64,000 nt of DNA. Origin: Deltaproteobacteria bacterium (GTDB lineage Bacteria; Desulfobacterota; Desulfobacteria; Desulfobacterales; G020354645). The notes beneath the pieces are model-generated. The model worked only from the letters and a program-made list of their open reading frames with translations, was not told the origin of the DNA and ran no database searches. The stretch is from positions 292,818-356,817 of the forward strand of contig CP070652.1 of the NCBI GenBank assembly GCA_020354645.1. Direction: 5' to 3'. Shown piece after piece: positions 46,448 to 54,508 of this stretch (position 1 is its first letter; each line of letters begins with the position of its first letter). The position numbers and the translations under genes are program-made.

Positions 46448-47478
46448 TTTTTCAAAACCTGGACGATCTTTTCTCTCGGGCATTTCGGATGGACAGAAAG
46501 CACGGTGGTTTGCTTGTCTGGCAATATAATGAAATCGTTGGTCTCGCCGCGATCTATGTAACCGACTTTTAATTTGCCCGCCTTAAAAAATGAACCGACG
46601 CGGGTAAAGTGTTCAATCAGCCGGTTCCAGGAGTTGTCCTGGTATATACCCGTCACCCCATGACGAGGACCTATTGCCTTTTCTAATCTTTGCTTGATGG
46701 TATTCATAAAATCGGAAGGCCCGGTCTCCTTGATTGGAGTATCTCTTACTATCATTTCCGGTTCTGGTGCCTCTTGAGTCTCATCAACTTTTACCTGAGA
46801 GGCTTCATCCTTCAAACGGGTTGCTTCAAGGATCAGCGGCTGGAGATCGCTTTGTATTTTATTATTAATTTTGGGACAAACATTCTGGATGGTAATCGTA
46901 ACTTTATCCCACGAAAAAATTTTGTACGCCGCTGATTTGCCCTGCAAGTTGTCGACTCTGGCATCCAGGAGTTCGCCATCCCGAAAAAAAAGTACTCCCT
47001 TTTTTCCCGAATTTTTATCTTCAAGCCGGATGGTGCAGGTTTTTTGCTCCATCTCCATCAGTTGAAGGAAAATGCCTGACGAAACACTGTGCAGGGTGCC
47101 ACCTTCTGATTCTCTTCGCAGGGTCGCCATTATTTTACGGGCTAAATTTTCAAGCATAAACGGTTTCGCAATATACCCCACTGCACCGCCTTCGAGTGCA
47201 AGTTTTTCCATTTCGGGAGTACTGTACCCAGTGATGATTACTACTGGTATATCCGGATAGTTTTCCATAATGTGTTCCAGAAGCTCGAATCCATCCATCA
47301 CCGGCATTTTCAGATCGGTAACAACCAGAGATACAATGTTTTTTTTCAGATGTTCCAATGCATCCCGGCCGTTTTTTGCAATCAGCACGGAAAAACTATC
47401 TGCGTACTTCTTCAAGCCGTTTTTTAGAGACAACAACATCTCTTGATCGTCATCCACAATGAGCACATTCTTTACCAT
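46444..47478 (-). CDS. Response regulator: REC + PATAN (DUF4388)-like domain + C-terminal domain
   Basis: REC motifs: VLIVDDD, phospho-acceptor VVTDLKMPVMDG, and YIAKPF. The segment GTLHSVSSGIFLQLMEMEQKTCTIRLED...GVLFFRDGELLDARV....GKSAAYKIFSW matches the PATAN/DUF4388 pattern. Confidence 0.75.
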   Translation of the reverse strand: MVKNVLIVDDDQEMLLSLKNGLKKYADSFSVLIAKNGRDALEHLKKNIVSLVVTDLKMPVMDGFELLEHIMENYPDIPVVIITGYSTPEMEKLALEGGAVGYIAKPFMLENLARKIMATLRRESEGGTLHSVSSGIFLQLMEMEQKTCTIRLEDKNSGKKGVLFFRDGELLDARVDNLQGKSAAYKIFSWDKVTITIQNVCPKINNKIQSDLQPLILEATRLKDEASQVKVDETQEAPEPEMIVRDTPIKETGPSDFMNTIKQRLEKAIGPRHGVTGIYQDNSWNRLIEHFTRVGSFFKAGKLKVGYIDRGETNDFIILPDKQTTVLSVHPKCPREKIVQVLKK

Positions 47479-47501
47479 CTATTTTCCCCACTTTCTCCGC
47501 T

Positions 47502-48620
47502 TCACGAAGCTTTATCAATGTCGACAATTTTAATCCCCGCCACATAATCCATCGCTTCATATTTTTTTATCTTTCCGATTTTTTCGGTGATCTCGTTCAT
47601 CTTTTGAATTTGGTTGTTGATAATCATAATTTTTTGATATTGGGGATCATCTGGCCGCGAATCATTTACGATATCATTAATGACATTGTTAATAATTGTC
47701 AGGGGTTGATTCAAGCGATGAACCACTCCACCTGCCATCTCGAGTACCCCCTGAAATTTATCCCTGCTGGTATTGTCCTTCTGTTTTTTTATCTTCTCTG
47801 TGATATCATGTGCTATGCCTTTGATATGATGTGCCTTGCCATATTTTCTTATCAATACTGCATTGAATTCGAGTTGATGATCAACACCCCTGCCGTCTGT
47901 TAGGTCAAAAATAACCTCCTCCGATCCAAATTTTAAGATATCAGCAAGAAATAGCAGAAAAAGTTCACGGTGCGGGGGGATGAGAAAATCAGATAATGAT
48001 TTCTCCACCAAGTCCCTGACAGGATACCCCAGCAATTCGGCGCCGACCTCGTTAATATCTATTATGTTACCCTGTAAGTCAAAAATGATGATAATGTCAT
48101 CCGCTCCGACGATTCCAGCAAGTTTCGGCACTTCATCTTTTTCTTCAACCTGATCCGTAATATCTTTCAAAACGCCGTCGAGATGGACTACAATTCCATC
48201 GTCATCGGGGACAGCTCTGGCGGTCACTGCACACCAAATGGCTGTTCCGTCTTTCTTTATGAATGAAATTGGCAAATCGGAAACTCGTCCTCTATGCATC
48301 ACCGCATCAACTAAAACTCCCCGGTCTTTTTTGTTTCGATACAGATTTATGGCCGGGCTGCTAATTAATTCATCAGGACTGTCATATCCGAGCGTTTGCG
48401 CAAAACCCCTGTTACAAAATACGATACTTCCCTCTATGGTCGTGCGATAAATAGCCACCGGTATGCTGTTAATAAAGGCGATATATCGCCCGGCTAAGCT
48501 GTCAGATAAATCTTGAGGAGATATTCCCGTCATGTTTATTTTGCCGATAAAAGATAATAGGCTGTTGCGCGTGTAGTCTGGATCATTAAACCAAAACAAA
48601 CGGATGGGCGCTGAGTTCAT
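47502..48620 (-). CDS. PAS-PAS-DHp protein lacking a HATPase_c catalytic domain
   Basis: Two PAS-like segments (YRTTIEGSIVFCNRGFAQTLGY... and IIIFDLQGNIIDINEVGAELLGY...). H-box-like motif AGGVVHRLNQPLTII. The ORF ends about 70 aa after the His, with no N/G1/G2 boxes. Confidence 0.7.
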   Translation of the reverse strand: MNSAPIRLFWFNDPDYTRNSLLSFIGKINMTGISPQDLSDSLAGRYIAFINSIPVAIYRTTIEGSIVFCNRGFAQTLGYDSPDELISSPAINLYRNKKDRGVLVDAVMHRGRVSDLPISFIKKDGTAIWCAVTARAVPDDDGIVVHLDGVLKDITDQVEEKDEVPKLAGIVGADDIIIIFDLQGNIIDINEVGAELLGYPVRDLVEKSLSDFLIPPHRELFLLFLADILKFGSEEVIFDLTDGRGVDHQLEFNAVLIRKYGKAHHIKGIAHDITEKIKKQKDNTSRDKFQGVLEMAGGVVHRLNQPLTIINNVINDIVNDSRPDDPQYQKIMIINNQIQKMNEITEKIGKIKKYEAMDYVAGIKIVDIDKAS

Positions 48621-48623
48621 GGT

Positions 48624-49607
48624 TCAAATGCGTATGCCCAAGTCAGATAACCTTGCTTCATATTTTTTAATCCATGATGACAGATAATTTTTTAACTCCG
48701 GCAGCAAGCTGAATTCCTCTGCCAATTCCACCACTGATTCGACAACGCCGTTAACCAGATCTTTTTCTTCGGTTTCTCCAGTAAAAGAAATAGTGCGGTT
48801 AGCGTACTCAAATTCAGCTGCAAATGGGTCGAGAAACGTGTATTTTTCTGCATTTTCTACAAATTTTTTCCGTAAGGCCTTGTTGAAATCCACTTGCTTG
48901 TCTTGTTTAGAGGCGAAAAGGGTTTCAAAAATACCCAAAAATTCTTCAAGCATTCTAATGACATTGATAGAAAAGCCAGTACCGGTTTTAAGAGGTTTAT
49001 CACTCACCTGATTCTTTTTCAGGGGAATTTTACTTACCTGAAATACACCGCCTGAATCCTTCGACTTATTTATCAGTATTTCAAGGTTCCGCTTGAATGG
49101 AAGTGACTCCTCTTTTCCCCATGAAAATGAACCGCCGATTATCTCTCCATTGCTCATAAAGATAAGACCGCCTTCATCGCCGTTGCCAATTGATATATCG
49201 ATAAAGCCGGTTAATTTCTCGGATCCCATCTTTTTAATCAATCCTTCCAGATCGGTAAATTCAGTGCTTAAATCTTTGTATATCTTATCGGCCGAGGGTA
49301 AGCTGGACCAAAAATATACTTCTTCCTGGGGAATTCTATAAACATCGATGGAAAAATTGTATTCAGATTCTTCCTCCATAAAACGATCGATGGCTTCATA
49401 GCCTAAAATGTCGTTATCTTTATCCCGAAAATAGCCGTTTAGATATTCGTCTTTATCAAAAAATATCACGCCTTCCGCGTTGGAAGATTTAAAGAATATA
49501 CCGCCTGACCCAATTTCACCTTGAAAGTGTTCAATCAATTTCCGGAGATCTATATAGTACATATTCAGGTTTTGCATTACAGGTTTTTCTTTAGGAACAA
49601 CGACCAT
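48624..49607 (-). CDS. Hypothetical protein with two PATAN/DUF4388-like modules
   Basis: Two segments match the PATAN-like pattern: IDLRKLIEHFQGEIGSGGIFFKSSNAEGVIFFDKDEYLNGYF....GYEAI and TDLEGLIKKMGSEKLTGFIDISIGNGDEGGLIFMSNGEIIGGSF. Strong AAGGAGA Shine-Dalgarno 5 nt before the ATG. Confidence 0.5.
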   Translation of the reverse strand: MVVVPKEKPVMQNLNMYYIDLRKLIEHFQGEIGSGGIFFKSSNAEGVIFFDKDEYLNGYFRDKDNDILGYEAIDRFMEEESEYNFSIDVYRIPQEEVYFWSSLPSADKIYKDLSTEFTDLEGLIKKMGSEKLTGFIDISIGNGDEGGLIFMSNGEIIGGSFSWGKEESLPFKRNLEILINKSKDSGGVFQVSKIPLKKNQVSDKPLKTGTGFSINVIRMLEEFLGIFETLFASKQDKQVDFNKALRKKFVENAEKYTFLDPFAAEFEYANRTISFTGETEEKDLVNGVVESVVELAEEFSLLPELKNYLSSWIKKYEARLSDLGIRI

Positions 49608-49723
49608 TACTTCTCCTTTATCGATATGTACTTCGATACCTTACCCGTGTCAGTGCTCAACATGAACAAGGCCTTTGAACATCAAGCGCATCCTGACTTT
49701 TTCAAATCCATTGGTACATAGTT

Positions 49724-50872
49724 CTATCGGTGTCGACGTAATCGTTCGATAGATAATCGCACACTATCTTGCATCCGCGCAATGGCTTCTGCTAAATCCC
49801 CAACCTCATCACTCGATTTTATATTGATCTCAGCATCGAGTTCACCTACGCTGATACGATCTGCAACTTCAGTTAATGATTTTATTCGCCCCGCCAAGCG
49901 ATTCCCGTAGAAGGAAACAATGAGTCCGATGATCAAAAGTGTGACGCCAAGTATACCCCAAACAGTATTTCTGGTCTGTTTTGTCAACTGCTCTGAACTG
50001 GCAACCAACCGCTTAACAGGCGTTGTTAGTTCATCAATGTAGGTTGTTGCTGCCACTACAAACGGCGTTCCCTCTATCGGATTACAGACCATAAATTTAT
50101 CGCGGAAAGTCTCGTCTTTATCCTGCCAAGTGTAATATCCTCTGGATTCTTTGCCGCGCCTGACGCCGATGAAGATCCTCCAAAAACCCTTGAAATTTGG
50201 TCCCAAAGGCTTTTTTAAGGTTTTCATATCAATGCCAACAATTTTAGGATTCACATGTGCCCATGTTCGCCAGATTCCGTCAGGGCCCGGTCGTTGGTAA
50301 AGAGCCGTATAACCCGTCATTCCCACTTTTTGAACAGCCAGCCGTTTAAAATTGTTATCCCTTGCGAAATTCTCTTTCCGCAATCCCGGATGACTCAACA
50401 GATAAAGCTGACACTGGGTAGCAACTGCTCTGGAAATATTAGCAATTTTGTCTTCCGCCATCTGCGATACGATTTTGGAACTTTCGCCTGTGAGCAGCGA
50501 GGCCAGGCTGTTCATCTCGTTCAAGAAAAGCAAGCCGGCAATGGCAACAAATATGATGGGAATGATAAAAAAAAGAATCATCATCCTAGTCCGCACGCCA
50601 AGGCGCTGTGATTTCAGAGCAAAACTAAAACGAGGCTTGGACTCAAAGGATGGAGTTGCAACATCAGGTTCATATGCAGTTTGCATTTGTTTAGCTACTT
50701 CCCCATCCGGTTCAACAAATGGAGGAGGTGCGGGTTCCGGTGTTTTTATTTCCGGTTTCGAAACCGCGAGTATATGATTACACGCCTTACATCGAAATTT
50801 GGCTGTCTGGCCCTTGATTTTGGATGGGTCTATCCGATATTTCTTCCCGCATTCTTCACAAATAATTATCAT
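49724..50872 (-). CDS. Membrane sensor: MJ0042-type zinc ribbon + TM + periplasmic/extracytoplasmic sensor + TM + HAMP, no output domain
   Basis: CEECGKKYRI....FRCKACNHIL zinc ribbon. TM helices MMILFFIIPIIFVAIAGLLFL and VWGILGVTLLIIGLIVSFY. HAMP motif RIKSLTEVADRISVGELDAEI...DEVGDLAEAIARMQ. The ORF ends 15 aa later. Confidence 0.7.
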   Translation of the reverse strand: MIIICEECGKKYRIDPSKIKGQTAKFRCKACNHILAVSKPEIKTPEPAPPPFVEPDGEVAKQMQTAYEPDVATPSFESKPRFSFALKSQRLGVRTRMMILFFIIPIIFVAIAGLLFLNEMNSLASLLTGESSKIVSQMAEDKIANISRAVATQCQLYLLSHPGLRKENFARDNNFKRLAVQKVGMTGYTALYQRPGPDGIWRTWAHVNPKIVGIDMKTLKKPLGPNFKGFWRIFIGVRRGKESRGYYTWQDKDETFRDKFMVCNPIEGTPFVVAATTYIDELTTPVKRLVASSEQLTKQTRNTVWGILGVTLLIIGLIVSFYGNRLAGRIKSLTEVADRISVGELDAEINIKSSDEVGDLAEAIARMQDSVRLSIERLRRHR

Positions 50873-51010
50873 TATTAAACTCCTTTGAAATTGAAAGGTT
50901 TTGACAGTAAACCGGATCGTTCTTCTTTATTAAGATTCATACTTTATTTTCGTGCCACCATTGTGCCCGAAACCGTTTGCAATCTGAAAATATCTTCGCC
51001 AAGATTAAAT

Positions 51011-51481
51011 TCAATATCCCTTCTGCTTAATCTTATTCACCATATTTAATTTAAAAGCGCCTCTTTTTTCATCCCGCTGGATTTCACGGGCAAGCAGATC
51101 CACTAACTCGGCAGCCTGAGAACTTGGAAAGTGGGTAGCCGAATATCCCAACTCGCCTATGACTTCTTCTATCAAGACTTGCGCTATCGGCCCTATTGCT
51201 CGAGACAATTGGGCCGTAAGAAAGCCATAAAATTCTTTATCAAGTGTTAATTTTTCCTTGTTAGCGGCTTCAATGAGTTCAAGGGCCACAAGCCGGTAAA
51301 TAATCTCCCGCATGTCCCCCATATCTATTTTGTTTTCCTCTGCCACCTTGTCCAGAGTCTTCTTACCATCAAAGGCCAAAAAAACCCGCAAGATTTGACT
51401 GTCAAGCGAAAAATCTCCCAAATCATCCTTGATGACTTGCCGGAAGATTATCGATGAAATATTGCCCGACAATATATCCAT
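51011..51481 (-). CDS. Hypothetical protein (156 aa)
   Basis: ORF in operon context, 20 nt after the upstream stop. The segment LRVFLAFDGKKTLDKVAEENKIDMGDMREIIYRLVALELIE resembles a small winged-helix-like module. No firm family assignment. Confidence 0.45.
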   Translation of the reverse strand: MDILSGNISSIIFRQVIKDDLGDFSLDSQILRVFLAFDGKKTLDKVAEENKIDMGDMREIIYRLVALELIEAANKEKLTLDKEFYGFLTAQLSRAIGPIAQVLIEEVIGELGYSATHFPSSQAAELVDLLAREIQRDEKRGAFKLNMVNKIKQKGY

Positions 51482-51501
51482 CCAACAACCCCCAAGTGAA
51501 T

Positions 51502-52119
51502 TTACCTCAAGGATTTAAGTTCCTCTCTCAAGGCTTTGAGTTCAGTTTTAATCAGTTCTTTGATCTCCTCAATAGCCACTAATAAATCATTCAAATCAGC
51601 TTGATCTATTTTTCTCTTACTCACAGACTTTACCTGTTCAATTTTCTCCTTTTTAGGCTTGCTGGGTGTTAATTGCTCTTTTAATGTCTTGTATTTGGCT
51701 AATTCTGTCGCTAGTATTTTTTTCTTCTCGGACTCCGTTAAATCCTTTGACTGTGAAACTTTATCCAGTTGAGTGAATAACGAATTCAAAATTTTAAACG
51801 CATCTGGGTGACACATTCCTTTGTTGGCTTTGATGTATTCCCCGAGTGAACCCAATAACTGCAGAAAAACGAGAAGAATTTTATCGTTTTTGAATCTGCC
51901 CTTTAAAACAGCTATTTGATCGACAAAACTGGTCATTACCTCGTCGGTAATCTCCCAGTCTATAGATAACACAATCGTCTTTAACTCTCTTAGCGGGGAG
52001 TCTTCGGAGTCTGCACTTTCATCCAAATGGACAGCAGCGGTGTTCTCTTCACCGAATAGGTCATCCAAGCGGTCTTCAACCTCTTCAGTAATGTCATCAT
52101 TGTCGCTAGGGAATTCCAA
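51502..52119 (-). CDS. Hypothetical protein, acidic N-terminus and Lys-rich coiled-coil C-terminus
   Basis: 205-aa ORF starting 11 nt after the mglA-like stop. No recognisable motif. Confidence 0.45.
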   Translation of the reverse strand: MEFPSDNDDITEEVEDRLDDLFGEENTAAVHLDESADSEDSPLRELKTIVLSIDWEITDEVMTSFVDQIAVLKGRFKNDKILLVFLQLLGSLGEYIKANKGMCHPDAFKILNSLFTQLDKVSQSKDLTESEKKKILATELAKYKTLKEQLTPSKPKKEKIEQVKSVSKRKIDQADLNDLLVAIEEIKELIKTELKALREELKSLR

Positions 52120-52130
52120 TTTCTCAGCTC

Positions 52131-52736
52131 CTATCTCAGTTCCTTGATTATTGAAGAAATCGTCATCGAGATTATCTTTTTCATGGTTGCCACAACATTT
52201 GTTCCCACCAGAGCGCTGGCTTTAAACGATGGTGTTTTTAATTTATCGTTTAAATCCTCTTCAAGCGTATTTATGGGAAGCAATGGTATTCCCTGTTCGG
52301 CAAGATCTATTTTATTATACTGCAGAACGATGGGAATTTTAAAGATGCTTTTTTTGTAGTTGGCCAGGTTTTCCTGCAGGTTCTTAAGAGAAAGTATATT
52401 TTTCTCCCGTCGCACTGCCATGGCATCTGCCACAAACACAATACCATCAGCTCCTCTCAAGACAAGTCTACGCGTTGCATTATACTTTACCTGTCCCGGC
52501 ACGGTATAAAGTTGTATTTTAATGTCATATCCGTTAACTTTCCCGATATCAAAAGGAAGAAAGTCAAAGAAGAGCGTACGGTCTCCGTGTGTTTTAATCG
52601 TAACCATTTCGGTTTTGATGCGCTCTCTGAATTTTTTATATATGTATTCCAGATTGGTCGTCTTACCGCCCCTTCCCGGGCCGTAGTATACGATTTTAAC
52701 CTGGACCTCTTTCTTTTTCGGATTAATAAATGCCAT
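52131..52736 (-). CDS. mglA: MglA-like Ras-superfamily small GTPase
   Basis: Colinear with Myxococcus MglA as I recall it: KIVYYGPGRGGKTTNLEYIY (P-loop), GDRTLFFDFLP (intrinsic Arg), LYTVPGQV (catalytic Gln), GADGIVFVAD, LQYNKIDL (NKxD). Confidence 0.88.
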   Translation of the reverse strand: MAFINPKKKEVQVKIVYYGPGRGGKTTNLEYIYKKFRERIKTEMVTIKTHGDRTLFFDFLPFDIGKVNGYDIKIQLYTVPGQVKYNATRRLVLRGADGIVFVADAMAVRREKNILSLKNLQENLANYKKSIFKIPIVLQYNKIDLAEQGIPLLPINTLEEDLNDKLKTPSFKASALVGTNVVATMKKIISMTISSIIKELR

Positions 52737-52805
52737 ACTTTAAAATCCGCTGACAATTACGGCTTCGTGTAGACAACATCATCACAGAAGGGCAAAAAGC
52801 CGGCG

Positions 52806-53210
52806 TTAGGGCACATTTATTGTCTCTAAAACCTGCTTTATTTTTTCGACAGCTTCATTGACTTTTAATCGTAAAAAACCAAGGGATATATCATTGCTAA
52901 AAATAGTAATTAACAAAAAATCAGAAATTATTTTGTTAAAGTGTATATTTTCTTTTTTGCCCTTATGGAAAAGCAGCGAAAATTCGCCTTCTCCGATAAT
53001 TTTGGCCATTGCACTTACCGCTCCAAAATTTCCCGCGGCCAGAGCGGCAAGGGAGTATACGTCGTGCTTTATCTTACCATTGTCTCGGTTAGCAATAATA
53101 TTGCCGGCCATATCAATAAGAAACACACAGCGCACCCCGATATCTATCAGGTCCTGCTGCAAGACCCCCTCTATGGTATCAAGCTGTTTTTGACCCAGGG
53201 TATACGACAA
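52806..53210 (-). CDS. mglB: MglB-like Roadblock/LC7 protein (putative GAP of the adjacent GTPase)
   Basis: 134 aa. VRCVFLIDMAGNIIA....SLAALAAGNFGAVSAMAK.....LLFHKGKKENIHFNKI...LLITIF is typical of the Roadblock/LC7 fold. Lies directly upstream of the mglA-like gene. Confidence 0.75.
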   Translation of the reverse strand: MSYTLGQKQLDTIEGVLQQDLIDIGVRCVFLIDMAGNIIANRDNGKIKHDVYSLAALAAGNFGAVSAMAKIIGEGEFSLLFHKGKKENIHFNKIISDFLLITIFSNDISLGFLRLKVNEAVEKIKQVLETINVP

Positions 53211-53605
53211 TTGTCTCCCTCCCGATTGTTATTATGTTTAGACTGAACGATTTTTCAGAAAAACATCCAGCCGGCGTGAAAAACACCCAGATTTCTTGTT
53301 TGAAAGGCTACAATAAATAGTTTTGTTTTAAAACCTTAGAATAACAGATAATATACTCATTTTTCAAGCTAAATTTTAAAAGAGCAAATGAGCTTGTGTT
53401 AATTTAAATCGCTGAAAAATATGAGAATATACGTTACTTTTAAGCCGAATTTGCCTCTCGAACCACATGATTACATCCGATAAAGCCATATCGTTTTTGG
53501 TTGATATTTCAGAAAATGGAAACTACCATACAGCAGATTAGAGTACCGAGTTTCTTCAAATAAATATGCGCTTGTCCACCAATCCGATTGCAGCAGATTT
53601 TTAAT

Positions 53606-54307
53606 ATGAAACAAACGAAATCCTCTGGTATATTTAGACCCTTTGAAGGCCTGCGCATCCTTCTAAAAGATCGGTCCTTGCCACCCAACCCCATAACGCG
53701 GGATAGTTCCCGCATAAAACAAAAGGCCGAAGCAGATCCTGTAGATGACAAGGAGCTATTTAAAAAGGCCATGGTGGGGGTTAAACCGATTTCAAAAGAT
53801 AAATACCGCAAAAAAATTGCCGCTTCCGGCAGACAATTAGTGCACAACAAGCAAAAAGTCGAATGTGATACCTTAATCCGGCTTCACAACCTCATTGAAC
53901 ACGGCGAAGGATTCGTTGTCGCTGATACATCGGAATATGCTGAAGGAGTGGGATACGCTGTAAATCCTGCGGTCACGAAGTATCTTCATCGGGGGGAGTT
54001 TTCCATACAGGCATATGTAGATCTTCACGGGCTTTCAGTCCAGGCAGCTGAGGAGGTATTTAACCGGTTTTTAAAAGAGATGCTTATGTCCGGGAAACGG
54101 GCTGTTTCAATCATACATGGCCGCGGTTTGTCATCGCCGGATAAACCCGTGCTGAAAACCAAAGTTCATAAATGGCTGACCACCGGACCATGGTGCAAAT
54201 GGGTATTGGCCTTTTCGAGCGCCAGACCGTGTGATGGCGGTGCGGGTGCGACTTATGTGCTTCTTCGGCAGCGTCCGTTGACCAAACGTTTGCGAAAGAG
54301 ACTATAG
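53606..54307 (+). CDS. Smr-domain protein (MutS2 C-terminal nuclease-like)
   Basis: C-terminal VDLHGLSVQAAEEVFNRFLKE....GKRAVSIIHGRGLSS....LKTKVHKWL is the Smr core. The start is placed at the ATG at 53606. The track ORF begins at TTG 53588. Confidence 0.8.
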   Translation: MKQTKSSGIFRPFEGLRILLKDRSLPPNPITRDSSRIKQKAEADPVDDKELFKKAMVGVKPISKDKYRKKIAASGRQLVHNKQKVECDTLIRLHNLIEHGEGFVVADTSEYAEGVGYAVNPAVTKYLHRGEFSIQAYVDLHGLSVQAAEEVFNRFLKEMLMSGKRAVSIIHGRGLSSPDKPVLKTKVHKWLTTGPWCKWVLAFSSARPCDGGAGATYVLLRQRPLTKRLRKRL

Positions 54308-54508
54308 AATTTTTTTCTAAAGCAGCCGTAAACCGGTAAAACAGTCAAAATTCGCTTGACATTTGTTAAATAAGTAATTAGTTTCCCAGCCTTTTATCTA
54401 ATATCCAGGTAAATTTGTTGTCCGGTAGGAGGTCCCTCAATACTGGCAATATTTTTCTTGATTATACATACAAAGAGTTTTCGACCCAGGTCGTAAGGGA
54501 AAAAAGGT

